A stretch of 47,886 bases of DNA from sequence record SRR33789315_17; one strand, given 5' to 3'. Positions 10,901 to 19,859 of the stretch are shown piece after piece. The translations under genes and the position numbers were made by a program. Position 1 is the stretch's first letter. Every line of letters begins with the position of its first letter. Below the pieces are notes generated by a model that was not told the DNA's origin, ran no database searches, and saw nothing but the letters and a program-made list of their open reading frames with translations.

Positions 10901-11059
10901 AGAGCCCAAAAACAAGCTTATTTAAAATCAAAAATATTAAAAGTGAATGGCATTTTGGAGCGAGGTGACGGTGGCGTCACCCATATCATTGCTGGGAAAT
11001 TAGAGGATTTGAGTCATCTAATTTCCCAGCTCGATACACGTTCTCGAGATTTTCATTAA
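7952..11059 (+). CDS. dnaE2: Error-prone DNA polymerase III alpha DnaE2 (ImuC)
   Basis: YAELFCQSNFSFLEGASHP PHP start, GRGSAANS, PDIDVDF, C-terminal SRDFH; ATG 7952 overlaps the imuB stop (TAATG). Confidence 0.96.
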   Translation: MSRDYAELFCQSNFSFLEGASHPQELVQMADFLGYQAIAITDECSLAGVVRAYTAIKDKNLSIKLIVGSLFKLEDELNVILLSPNREAYAELCRIITNARRRAIKGQYRLERWDLKSSQHCLAIWLPRGQVEPDHEAAAFLQGIFKQRLWIGAQRHLTANEHRYLQHCRFLSQHYHLAISACGGVLMHQPERLMLQHALSAIRQGGSITKLGRALLANSERALRPLDKLASLFCKEWLQESLHIAQRCTFDMSELRYEYPAELVPVGKTASQYLRELVLIGMGLRFTEEPHLAFSIKRIIAKELKLIREMHYEYFFLTIYDIVQFAKRQQILYQGRGSAANSVVCYCLEITAVDPRQIDVLFERFISKERKEEPDIDVDFEHHRREEIIQYIYQKYGRERTAIAATVVTYRQKSAIREIGKVMGIEESQLAFFIKNIDRRDSQSDWQGQIAELGFDPQSQQGQHFVYLVNEIKGFPRHLSQHVGGFVISSGPMYHLVPIENAAMAKRSIIQWDKDDLESLGLLKVDILALGMLSAIRRAFDLISTHYQHKWSIAQITKLGDDPQVYKMIQQADTVGVFQIESRAQMSMLPRLRPKCYYDLVVQIAIVRPGPIQGDMVHPYLRRRDGLEKIAHPSKMVEAVLKRTNGVPIFQEQVIKMAMVAAGFTGGEADQLRRAMASWKKNGELLQFREKLINGMLQRGYELDYAERIFNQIKGFGEYGFPESHSASFAVLAYVSAWLKYYYPQAFYVALLNSWPMGFYPPAQLVQDAQRHQIKILPVCINASDYEHKFEFYNNVWAIRLGFCVVKGLKQSALTSLLQQRPQDGFQYIEQIKNVGLGRHYLAALASANAFACISDNRYAARWSLMDSETDLPLFKQANVNDEGGLANFSGIGQPSDSDNVIEDYSATSLTLNKHPISLLRDAGLLPKHVKASQLYLCEHKKLVSVVGLVIGRQRPGTSKGVTFITLEDDSGSINVIVWLATARAQKQAYLKSKILKVNGILERGDGGVTHIIAGKLEDLSHLISQLDTRSRDFH

Positions 11060-11094
11060 AATCGACTAATACCATTAAGTAAACGCACACTCAG

Positions 11095-13215
11095 CTAGTC
11101 GTAAAACGGTGAGCGTAGTTCAGTTGAATTTTTTAACTCAATCGGACGATTTAGTTTTTGACCACCATCACGAGCAATAGGGATCCAAGGTAATCTTCCT
11201 CGCCCTTTTGCTGGCTCAAGGGTAAACAACTCAAAAGGAATTGAGATATAAAATCCTTTAGTGAAACTGCCTTCACCATACTCATCAGCAGATACATTAG
11301 TAAAAGCTGCGTAAGCGCCTACTATCATGCCACTATCAAAACGTTTAGCAAAATCAATGTTGACACCTTTATCTTTAGCTAAAAACTGGCCTGCGCTTAC
11401 CGTGATTTCAGTATTAGGTAAAAATGATGGTTTCCAATAAACGCTGGCATGACCAGTCAATACTTTATAATCAAAAAAGTCCCAATCATTTTCATAAGAA
11501 CGTTGCTGAACATAGTTAATATCTACGCCAAAGGCCAAATTGCTGTCTACAGGACGATATATAATTTCAGCCCCTAGCCCACCAAACATGCCTTCAAGAT
11601 AACCAACATAAGCTTGAGCATAAGTATCTTCGGAAACGCGATCGAACCAACTTAAATACGCCGACTCCATAGTGACTTTACTGCGGGTAACATATTCTCT
11701 GGCATAAGTTCTCACTCTAGGGAGTGTTGTTTCCTGATTATCTACCTTGAAATTAAACTTATCGAAATTTTCAATAAGGGTCGCCTTTATACTACTTTGT
11801 AGGGAAAACTGACTATTTAATGCATACCCTCCCGAAATAAACAAACCGCCTTGATAGAGATAAAAATCCTCCGGGTTTCCAAAGGTTTGGATCCAAAAAC
11901 TATTAACGCTGTAAAAAGGTCCAGAAGTTTTATGTGGTTTGTAGTTATCAAGCGCTTCAGCACTTGGATCTTGGCGGGTATAGGTCGTGGTTATGTCATT
12001 ATGCAAAGACTCTAAACGTGCTGCTGCTTTGAATTTATCAGCATCAATAATAGTTTCTAGCGCTGGGACTGCACCGGCGTTTTCAACTATTCGATATTGT
12101 TTTATAGTATTGGGTAGCTCTGAAGCAATAACGCGTCCGACACGTTCAATAGATTCGTCTTTATTTCTATAGCTTCCCTGCATGCCATAAAAAGTCATGG
12201 AATTATCAGTGGTATAGGTCGAATTCAATATAAAGCCAGAGTCACTGACTAAAGCATTATATAATCGACTTTTGTCAACTTCTTCCATCGAAGGAGCGGG
12301 TTGTACATTAAATAATGGTCGAGGAGGTTCATCGATTTTAATTTGTTTGGCTGTATGCATGTTAAGCTTATAGCTGATGCCAAAGCCGAAGGTATTACCA
12401 CGTTGATAATTTAAGCTAAAATCAAAATTACTCCATTGATAAACTGCCCCAACGTTCCACTTAGTGTCTTGGGCCAAATTACCCGCGCGATCATTAAGAT
12501 AATTCTTACCCTCATACTCTAGCTTTAATATTAATCCATCAATGGGAGTAAAATATTCAACTCCACCAAATAATGTGGTTGTTCCTTTGAAAAATTTACT
12601 AAACTCAACAACACCACCGCGGCCAGAAAATCCTTGGTCTCGTTGACAAAATGAGTCAGCTATTTGGCAAAAAGGGTTACTAATATTGTCACCCGTGCCC
12701 AAGTAACCCCAACCGAGTCCTAAATGAAAATCAAAAGGGCCGTAGGCTTTACTCGCGGCAATAAATTCACTGGTAAACCAACCGGTACCGCCGATGTCAC
12801 GAAGTCCAACTGACAAGTCTGGCAGATAATAACTCTCTTGCAGTAAACGAAATTTTACGTCAATGCCTTTATCTTTGAGGGTCTGTTTTCCACTAAAATT
12901 AGGGTCTTCGCTGTACAAGCGTGTGCGCGCATCAGTATATCTAACTGTTGATTCCATCCATGGGAAAAGCTGTAAATTGGCAGACCAAAACCGATACTCT
13001 TGATTGTCGGTATAGCTTATTGTCAAGCTACCTTCAGGTGCCATACGAGCCGTAGGTGTTTGTAATAAGCCAATCCCCCCTTGTACCATTTGGCTGGTTT
13101 TAACCGCAGGGTTCCAATTAGCGGCACAGGCATTTGTTGATAAAACAAAGTAAGAAGTTAATACCCCACCAAACCATAAAAATAGCTTATTATCGGCCAA
13201 CAATATGTTTCTCAC
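11095..13215 (-). CDS. yjbH: YjbH/GfcD outer-membrane beta-barrel protein (group 4 capsule/EPS)
   Basis: GGIGLLQTPTARM, KDKGIDVK, LPRVRTY, YGEGSFTKGFYISIPF, RDGGQKL motifs. Confidence 0.92.
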   Translation of the reverse strand: MRNILLADNKLFLWFGGVLTSYFVLSTNACAANWNPAVKTSQMVQGGIGLLQTPTARMAPEGSLTISYTDNQEYRFWSANLQLFPWMESTVRYTDARTRLYSEDPNFSGKQTLKDKGIDVKFRLLQESYYLPDLSVGLRDIGGTGWFTSEFIAASKAYGPFDFHLGLGWGYLGTGDNISNPFCQIADSFCQRDQGFSGRGGVVEFSKFFKGTTTLFGGVEYFTPIDGLILKLEYEGKNYLNDRAGNLAQDTKWNVGAVYQWSNFDFSLNYQRGNTFGFGISYKLNMHTAKQIKIDEPPRPLFNVQPAPSMEEVDKSRLYNALVSDSGFILNSTYTTDNSMTFYGMQGSYRNKDESIERVGRVIASELPNTIKQYRIVENAGAVPALETIIDADKFKAAARLESLHNDITTTYTRQDPSAEALDNYKPHKTSGPFYSVNSFWIQTFGNPEDFYLYQGGLFISGGYALNSQFSLQSSIKATLIENFDKFNFKVDNQETTLPRVRTYAREYVTRSKVTMESAYLSWFDRVSEDTYAQAYVGYLEGMFGGLGAEIIYRPVDSNLAFGVDINYVQQRSYENDWDFFDYKVLTGHASVYWKPSFLPNTEITVSAGQFLAKDKGVNIDFAKRFDSGMIVGAYAAFTNVSADEYGEGSFTKGFYISIPFELFTLEPAKGRGRLPWIPIARDGGQKLNRPIELKNSTELRSPFYD

Positions 13216-13931
13216 TGCATTATCCTATTCTTGGCTAAGTCAATAATTTGTTTGTTTAACGCGCTATTTTCAGTGGAAAACTGTGACTCTGTGAATGGCA
13301 TAAAAATATCGCTCTCTGGCATAATATCGACACAAGTGGCATTCCAGTAAGCAATGCCAATTTTTTTTATAACACCATCCGGTTGAATAATATAAGCGAA
13401 GTCTTTATTAATTGGTGTCGGTACGAGTTGATGAATAACCTCATGGCCACATTGGCTATTTTCCATTTTGTCGGTTGATTGCTCAACAAGGCCAAATAAA
13501 TTTATGGTGTTACGTCGTTCAAACAACTGTATAAAATAGTCACCGTGCTCAAAACGCTGGTTATGACTGGCTAATAGTTGTGCCTTATCATAATCAAGCT
13601 CAGTAAATATTCTATCAGCTAATTTCCAACCACTAATCTGCTGAATTAAACGTTTAACTTGCTGCTCTTCTTCACCCTCAAGTGATACTTGCATAAACTT
13701 AAGTTTACTTAAAATATCGCTGCGCATTAACTCTGCATGGCTTGAATCTAAACGAAATAAGCGAGAGGCTGGCCAGTACCAATTTTTATCATAAGCCACT
13801 TGACTGAGCACATCTGATATTCGTGGCTGCGTTGTAAACTGAAAGGTTTGCTTATTTACCGTGACGTTAACATTCGCCCTTGCGCAGAATACTGAGAGTA
13901 ACAAGCAGCTGAATATAAAAAATTGCTTCAA
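13212..13931 (-). CDS. gfcC: Capsule biosynthesis GfcC/YjbG family protein
   Basis: Signal peptide, WYWP, IIQPDG...IAYWN motifs; position between yjbF and yjbH. Confidence 0.8.
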   Translation of the reverse strand: MKQFFIFSCLLLSVFCARANVNVTVNKQTFQFTTQPRISDVLSQVAYDKNWYWPASRLFRLDSSHAELMRSDILSKLKFMQVSLEGEEEQQVKRLIQQISGWKLADRIFTELDYDKAQLLASHNQRFEHGDYFIQLFERRNTINLFGLVEQSTDKMENSQCGHEVIHQLVPTPINKDFAYIIQPDGVIKKIGIAYWNATCVDIMPESDIFMPFTESQFSTENSALNKQIIDLAKNRIMQ

Positions 13932-13962
13932 AATTGAGATTCCATCGTGACAAAAAAGTTAA

Positions 13963-14646
13963 CTAGAGTCTTATTGCTCGACTAACGTAAGTGAGATTAA
14001 AAAAGTCGCCACCGGGAAACAATTTTTGTTTGCTACGTAACATATCACCTGAATTTTTATCATACCAAAATTGATTGATCCAAGTATCATCATCAAACTG
14101 ATGGCTTTTATTTTTAATTACGTTGACCTTTTCTTCAATTAGAATGGTTTCATAAGATTTGTCTTGAATTTTAAGATAAATATCTTTTTCTACCTTAAAA
14201 TCAGAATGTAATGTTAGGCCAAAATAGCGAGAATCGAGATCGATTTTTCTCTCCCATTCAGTCGCTGAATTAATCGACATTGGGAGATTTAGAGGGTCGT
14301 TAGTTGTGGAAAACACGAAAGCAAGATCGTCCCCTAGGGAGCTTGTTTTTATAATTCTCCCTTTATGTTCTACAAGAACGGCATTATCAGCTGAGATCCA
14401 TTTATATTGCCCTTGTTCGATGTAGGCAAGGGCTAATACAATGTTTGACATTTGCCCTTTTTTTACATAAATCAGATCAGCGGGAGATTTAGCAATTTCC
14501 TCGTTTTCTAACATAATATCTTCAGCATCAGCCCAAGCTAATTTCAAGGTCCTAAGATAGGCTTGATTGGTTGATGAACATGAGGGCAGTAATATTGACA
14601 ACATTATTATTGTGCAAACAAATAGAGAAATTTGAGTTTTTCGCAT
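13963..14646 (-). CDS. yjbF: YjbF/GfcB family lipoprotein
   Basis: Lipobox-like LPSC; LALAY...KWISADNAVLV..GRIIKT and NQFWYD motifs; operon position. Confidence 0.82.
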   Translation of the reverse strand: MRKTQISLFVCTIIMLSILLPSCSSTNQAYLRTLKLAWADAEDIMLENEEIAKSPADLIYVKKGQMSNIVLALAYIEQGQYKWISADNAVLVEHKGRIIKTSSLGDDLAFVFSTTNDPLNLPMSINSATEWERKIDLDSRYFGLTLHSDFKVEKDIYLKIQDKSYETILIEEKVNVIKNKSHQFDDDTWINQFWYDKNSGDMLRSKQKLFPGGDFFNLTYVSRAIRL

Positions 14647-14685
14647 ACGAGCCAGTTTTTTGATAGGGATATTTCAGGGTGAAAC

Positions 14686-14708
14686 AAAAAAGCCGCCCTT
14701 CGGCGGCT
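14686..14708 (-). terminator. Intrinsic terminator after the gfcA/yjbE-like gene
   Basis: Minus strand AGCCGCC-GAAG-GGCGGCT followed by a U-tract. Confidence 0.8.
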
Positions 14709-14725
14709 CTTAAAAATTTATATAC

Positions 14726-15073
14726 TTACATCAAAGTTGGAGCGTATGTAAATGTCACTGGAACTGAAATAGTTGTAGTACCAGAAAGAGTAACTGTAGT
14801 GGTTGTACCTATACAAACACCATCAACTAAATCATCAGTACCGTTACAAGTTGGCTCAAGCTCATCAATTGGCTTAGTCGTTGTTGAACCATTACTGTTT
14901 GCGATAGCTGAAGCTACAATACCCGCTGCTACAACACCAACAAATATAGTTTGTTTGTTAAGACCGCCTTGGCTGAAAGAAGATGAACCAGCTCCGCCTG
15001 CGTTTTCTTGAGCTTGAAGACCACTAGAAATTAGCAATCCCGCTGTTAGTAAAGATATAGCAAATTTCTTCAT
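14726..15073 (-). CDS. Small secreted Gly/Ala/Thr-rich protein, GfcA/YjbE-like
   Basis: ATG 15073 with AAGGAA RBS; signal peptide, hydrophobic GVVAAGIVASAIA segment, Thr-rich tail; first gene upstream of yjbFGH. Confidence 0.75.
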   Translation of the reverse strand: MKKFAISLLTAGLLISSGLQAQENAGGAGSSSFSQGGLNKQTIFVGVVAAGIVASAIANSNGSTTTKPIDELEPTCNGTDDLVDGVCIGTTTTVTLSGTTTISVPVTFTYAPTLM

Positions 15074-15396
15074 AAAATATTCCTTAGTTTTTTTATCGTC
15101 AGCTTCGAGCATCTTAAATCAACCCTTTAGGGATCTCAATGCTTATTTTAACAACACTTTATAATTTATTACATTATGGCTTATACATATTGAGTCCTTA
15201 TCTAATTACTTGGCCAACTCTATTTTTTTATAGGCACTTATTAAATAACTAATTAGCTTAAGGGGTAATTCAATGTAATGAATAAGCTAAAATCGTTGAA
15301 AATATTCATAAGTAAACAAAAATGCCTAATTCAATAATAACTTTAGGTTAAATATGCGAACATTCTTCATCAAATTTTAAATCTGGAGTTTCACAT

Positions 15397-16032
15397 ATGA
15401 AAATAGCCCTTATGAACGAATTTAGCCAAGCATCAAAAAATGCTATTGTGTTGGAGCAGCTTAATGACGTAGCCGGAGGCCTCGGTCATAGCGTTTTTAA
15501 CGTTGGAATGAGTGATGATAACGACCATCGTCTTACTTATATCCACTTGGGCATCATCGCTAGTTTATTGTTAAATTCTAAAGCGGTTGATTTTGTCGTG
15601 GCCGGCTGTGGTACAGGGCAGGGGGCTTTAATGTCGTTGAATGCTTATCCTGGCGTAGCTTGCGGTTATTGTATTGATCCCGCAGATGCGTATTTATTTG
15701 CTCAAATTAACGGTGGCAATGCGCTAGCTCTTGCGTTTGCCAAAGGCTTTGGCTGGGGTGCGGAGTTGAATGTTCGTTATATATTTGAAAAAGCCTTCAC
15801 CGGTGAAAAAGGCTTAGGTTATCCACCCGAGCGGCGTGAGTCACAAGTGACCAACGCAGGTATACTTGAGAGTGTAAAGGTTGCTACCACTAAACCCTTT
15901 TTAGATGGCTTGAAAGCCATTGATCCTGAGTTATTAAAAACCGCAGTTGGCGGAGAGCGTTTCCAAGCTTGCTTCTTTGATAACTGTCAGGACGATGAAA
16001 TTGCTGCTTTTGTAAAACGTTTCATAGCGTAA
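15397..16032 (+). CDS. RpiB/LacA/LacB-family isomerase with C-terminal extension (DhuI/SpiX-like)
   Basis: MKIALMNEFSQASKN, LTYIHLG, GCGTGQGA, FAQINGGNA, GFGWGAELN; GGAG RBS. Confidence 0.85.
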   Translation: MKIALMNEFSQASKNAIVLEQLNDVAGGLGHSVFNVGMSDDNDHRLTYIHLGIIASLLLNSKAVDFVVAGCGTGQGALMSLNAYPGVACGYCIDPADAYLFAQINGGNALALAFAKGFGWGAELNVRYIFEKAFTGEKGLGYPPERRESQVTNAGILESVKVATTKPFLDGLKAIDPELLKTAVGGERFQACFFDNCQDDEIAAFVKRFIA

Positions 16033-16062
16033 TTCAAAACGCCCACAGGGAAGTGGACGGTT

Positions 16063-16827
16063 TTATTGTACTTGGTACCTTTTTATTATTTTTTCTATTA
16101 CCCCCTCATCTTTTAAAGCATGTATTGCCGAGTTCAATTGGGGAAGTAAGAAATCGAGTTCTTTTCGTAGCCGCATTACGATTTCCCCTTGGGAATGTAT
16201 ACTGGCGTAGGCTATAGGGACATTGTGAACTTCAGACCAATAAGCTGCTGTTACTCCTTCTAAAATCACTGCCTTAAAACGTTGTTTTTTCAAGCCTTCG
16301 ATAAGTGCGCTTTCAGATAAAAAATCTACCCTGATAAACTCATCATCATCATGATAGCTGTAACCTGCTATTGTCCCAATCCGTTTCCCATATATTGAGT
16401 CTGGAGTCGAATATACTGAGGCATTTTCGGGTAAAGTGACAATATATTCAGATAAATCAAGAATACCTGTCGAGTAAACATTTTTACTACCCATATCGCC
16501 ATTCTTAAACCACTCAGGGCTCATAAAATCGATGTCTAATTTTCCCTCATCAAAGGCTTTTTGGGCACGTTTTGGGGGGTATGAGTAAAACTCATAGGAA
16601 ATATTAGCGCGTTTTAGCACGGCTTTAAGGACTTCGGCAAAAATACCTGGTCTTGCTGAGTTTCCGAAATAACCGTAAGGTACCCACGATTCACTGGCAC
16701 TCAAATTGTATCTGACAACAGGAGATGATTCGATTTTCTCTCCGAACGCCATGCTAGTATAAAAAAACATTAAGCCAATTAAACAACACAGCTTAATCAT
16801 TCTCACAGCATTCTGTGTGAATTTCAT
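16063..16827 (-). CDS. Periplasmic solute-binding protein, family 3-like (stand-alone)
   Basis: Signal peptide, WVPY, GIFAEVL, PPKRA, RIGTIAGYSY, LNSAIHALKDEGVIEKIIKRY; start uncertain (16845, 16827 or 16800). Confidence 0.78.
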   Translation of the reverse strand: MKFTQNAVRMIKLCCLIGLMFFYTSMAFGEKIESSPVVRYNLSASESWVPYGYFGNSARPGIFAEVLKAVLKRANISYEFYSYPPKRAQKAFDEGKLDIDFMSPEWFKNGDMGSKNVYSTGILDLSEYIVTLPENASVYSTPDSIYGKRIGTIAGYSYHDDDEFIRVDFLSESALIEGLKKQRFKAVILEGVTAAYWSEVHNVPIAYASIHSQGEIVMRLRKELDFLLPQLNSAIHALKDEGVIEKIIKRYQVQ

Positions 16828-17025
16828 AACGACTAAACACCCCACAAATATAAAACTCGTTTTATCTGAGCCTTAAAAATTAAATGAATAATTCCGACTA
16901 AGCAAGGAGGCAACATTTACTGACATTGCAAATTATAGGTCGTAAAAGAAAACAAACCAGTAAATTAAGTCTTCAGTCGAGTAGGCTGTTATTTTAAATA
17001 AAAATGGGATTGGTATAACGTACGA

Positions 17026-17733
17026 TTAATACTTATCGTCTGACCTGAGTTCAATTTTCAACACATCGGATACCCAATATTCTTGATCAAACTCCACAAC
17101 TCGTCCCTCGCCATCATAGCTGGTTCTTGTGAGCAATGTTGCCGGAGTTCCTGGCGAAACGTGTAAACTTTTTGCGTGTAAACGATTAAAAGCTACAGGT
17201 GTAATTTGCAGTTCAGAATATTTAATATTAACTTGATAAACTTCGGCTAGTACGACGGCCAAAGAGCCTGTCAGATTAGTGTGATGTAAGCCCGGATAGC
17301 GACTAGAATCGAGACAAATATCTTCGATCAACACTGGCCTTTTATTGATCGAGCGGCGGCGTTGCAAATGATAAATGGCTGCGCCAGTTTCAATTTTTAG
17401 GGCTTTAGCTAAGTTAACAGATGCTGTCTCTTCTTCGCAATAGATCAGTTTAGTGGAGGGAATTTGATTCTGTTCACGCACATTTGTCATAAAGCCTTTA
17501 TCAAGTTTGGCATTAAAAGCGAGGCGTTTGTTAGAGATAAACCAACCACGGCGGTCCATGCGAAATACCTTACCTTCAATTTCTAACTGTGACAACGCAT
17601 CACATAAGGTTAAACGGGTAGTTTGTAAATCATCTGCGAGTTCACGTTCTGAAGGGAGTTTTTGGTTTGGCTGGTATGTTCCAGAATTAATTCGTTCGGC
17701 TAATACATCACGCAGTATGCCAACACTCCTCAT
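17026..17733 (-). CDS. GntR (HutC subfamily) regulator with UTRA domain, PhnR-like
   Basis: KLPSERELAD..TTRLTL..AL..LE.EG...DRRGWF wHTH; C-terminal RTSYD..GRVVEFDQEYW UTRA. Confidence 0.88.
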   Translation of the reverse strand: MRSVGILRDVLAERINSGTYQPNQKLPSERELADDLQTTRLTLCDALSQLEIEGKVFRMDRRGWFISNKRLAFNAKLDKGFMTNVREQNQIPSTKLIYCEEETASVNLAKALKIETGAAIYHLQRRRSINKRPVLIEDICLDSSRYPGLHHTNLTGSLAVVLAEVYQVNIKYSELQITPVAFNRLHAKSLHVSPGTPATLLTRTSYDGEGRVVEFDQEYWVSDVLKIELRSDDKY

Positions 17734-17879
17734 CTAGAAGATATTATTCAATTACGCAAACTCGATGACAGTGGCAAATTACCCGAAATGGCATGTCCAG
17801 ATTTAGGATTTTGGTTAGATCAGGCCCGCAAGGCCATGGTACGCAACCAAAACTGATATAACGTTCTGTGCACACATAA

Positions 17880-17896
17880 TGCAAGATAGTGGTGCA
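17880..17896. promoter_or_regulatory. Putative NtrC-type enhancer site
   Basis: TGCAAGATAGTGGTGCA compared with consensus TGCACCA-N3-TGGTGCA (right half exact). Confidence 0.55.
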
Positions 17897-17947
17897 AGAC
17901 TCTGTTGATCACTGCTGAATTCTTCGCGATATAGGGCTTTCGATTTG

Positions 17948-17963
17948 GGGCATAACTTTTGCT
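17948..17963 (+). promoter_or_regulatory. Putative sigma54 -24/-12 promoter
   Basis: GGGCATAACTTTTGCT: GG-N10-GC with TTGC, about 50 nt upstream of the deaminase start. Confidence 0.62.
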
Positions 17964-18011
17964 TTACCCTTAGGTAAATAAATTTATGTCTCAAATCCTA
18001 TTGGAAGCCCT

Positions 18012-19037
18012 ATGCAAACTTTTATCGAAAACATGCCAAAAGCCGAATTACATGTGCATCTAGAAGGCACCTTAGAACCTGAACTCAGTTTTGAACTTGC
18101 GCAACGCAATAACATTCCTTTAGCTTATTCCACTCCTGAAGCCTTGATAGCGGCTTATGACTTTCATGATTTACCTTCGTTTTTAGATATTTATTATGCT
18201 GGGATGAATGTTTTACGGACCGAAGACGACTTTTATCTGCTCACTTGGAATTATCTGGCTAAGGCACGTTCACAGCAGATTGTATATGCTGAGTTATTTT
18301 TCGACCCTCAAGCACATACATCTAGAGGTGTTGCGTTTGATACCGTCATTACGGGTATTCATAAGGCTCAAATGGCCGCAAGTGAACAATTGGGTATTGA
18401 TAGCCAACTTATTATGTGCTTTTTACGAGAGATGAGCGCTGAGTCGGCGATGGAACATCTATTAATGGCGGAGCCTTATTTAACGTGGCTGGTAGGGGTC
18501 GGTCTAGATTCCGATGAAAAAAACAATCCACCGGTAAAATTTAAATCCGTTTTTGCCCGTGCAAGAACGTTAGGTTTAAAGCTCACCATGCATTGCGATG
18601 TCAATCAGCAAAACACCCTAAAGCATATTGCCCAATGTTTGGATGAAATCGAAGTTGACCGAATAGACCATGGTGTAAACGCCTTAGAAGATGCTGCCCT
18701 TATTGCTAAAATCCGCGACAAACAATTGGGATTGACGGTATGCCCCGTATCTAACCGATTTGTGGTGCAATCCTTAACGGCAAAAGAAATAAGGCAGATG
18801 TTAGATAATGATATGAAGGTTACTATCAATTCTGATGATCCTGCTTATTTTCGGGCCTATTTAAACGAAAACCTTATCGAGCTGCAACAAGAGGGGCAGT
18901 TCAGCCAAGCAGAAATGACTACTATGGTGGCCAACGCTTTTTCTGTAGCGTGGTTATCAGAAGCGCAAAAAAAAGCCTATCTGGCTACACTTGAAAAATA
19001 TGTTCAAGGAACTTTGGCAGTTGAGCTCGTCAATTAA
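18012..19037 (+). CDS. add: Adenosine/adenine deaminase
   Basis: PKAELHVHLEGTLEP, ELFFDPQAH, RIDHG, LTVCPVSN, TINSDDPAYF. Confidence 0.93.
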   Translation: MQTFIENMPKAELHVHLEGTLEPELSFELAQRNNIPLAYSTPEALIAAYDFHDLPSFLDIYYAGMNVLRTEDDFYLLTWNYLAKARSQQIVYAELFFDPQAHTSRGVAFDTVITGIHKAQMAASEQLGIDSQLIMCFLREMSAESAMEHLLMAEPYLTWLVGVGLDSDEKNNPPVKFKSVFARARTLGLKLTMHCDVNQQNTLKHIAQCLDEIEVDRIDHGVNALEDAALIAKIRDKQLGLTVCPVSNRFVVQSLTAKEIRQMLDNDMKVTINSDDPAYFRAYLNENLIELQQEGQFSQAEMTTMVANAFSVAWLSEAQKKAYLATLEKYVQGTLAVELVN

Positions 19038-19225
19038 CATTTCAGCACTTTGCCGCAGCCAGCCCCTACCCGCAAGACCAATCATACTAGGGATTAAGGA
19101 ACTTATCTTGATGTGATTGTTAATTCAAATTGAGCATTTAACTATCCTCATTTTCAATAATTGACTCGTACTTCAGAGGGTATTAAAAGAATAAATCCTT
19201 ACCCAGAAAAAAATATTTTTTTTGG

Positions 19226-19253
19226 GTTCCGAATTTTCTCCGTCAAACGTCTA
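19226..19253 (+). promoter_or_regulatory. Putative ECF sigma promoter, copy 1 (autoregulatory)
   Basis: GTTCCG-N16-CGTCTA; identical motif and spacing at 21002-21029. Confidence 0.72.
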
Positions 19254-19286
19254 AGCATATCGAGCATAATAAAAAGGAGATAATCG

Positions 19287-19859
19287 GTGTCAGTAGCACA
19301 GCGTATTAACAACCGTGATCTCCAAACTTATGTTGAAGAGAACGATCTGAATGAACAACAGCGAGTATTAATTACCGAATTATTTAACGAACATAATGAC
19401 ACATTGTTACGTTTTTTAAGAGCTCGACTGCCATCGGATTCAGATGCCCACGAAGTGGCTCAAGAGGCTTATGTTAAATTACTCGACCTCGATAAGCCGG
19501 GGGCGATAAGTTATCTAAGAGCTTATCTTTTCAAAATTGCTTCAAACTTAGCGGTTGACCATTTGCGCTCAGAGCAAAGAGCCAGTCGCTATCGACCGAT
19601 GATGTTTTTTAAAGAAGAGCACCCTTCGGAAGAGCATGTTGCACTAGTAAACGAAAAAGTAAAATTGATGAATGGCTTTGTGAATGAGTTGCCAGCGAAA
19701 TGCCGTAAGGTGTTTATGTTAAGTCGTTATCACGATATGACGACCACTGAAATCGCTCAGTTAATGCGGTTGTCAGATAGGATGGTCAGAAAGTATCTGG
19801 TTCGTGCAACCGAACATTGTCAAATGCGTTTGGAAGAAGCGACCGGAGGTGGTCAGTGA
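19287..19859 (+). CDS. ECF sigma factor, FecI-like
   Basis: GTG start with AAGGAG RBS; region 2 DAHEVAQEAY..LRAYLFKIASNLAVDHLR; region 4 LPAKCRKVFML..EIA..VRKYL. Confidence 0.93.
   Translation: MSVAQRINNRDLQTYVEENDLNEQQRVLITELFNEHNDTLLRFLRARLPSDSDAHEVAQEAYVKLLDLDKPGAISYLRAYLFKIASNLAVDHLRSEQRASRYRPMMFFKEEHPSEEHVALVNEKVKLMNGFVNELPAKCRKVFMLSRYHDMTTTEIAQLMRLSDRMVRKYLVRATEHCQMRLEEATGGGQ

Noticed and set aside
14679-15011. 110-aa plus-strand Val-rich ORF
   Set aside because: Antisense mirror of the Thr-rich gfcA-like gene, which has the RBS, signal peptide and terminator
17026-17733. Phosphonate utilisation locus (phnR)
   Set aside because: The regulator is PhnR-like but no phnW, phnX or phnSTUV genes are in the window, so the symbol was withheld
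19038-19225. Fur box upstream of the ECF sigma gene
   Set aside because: AT-rich, but no convincing GATAATGATAATCATTATC-like match by eye
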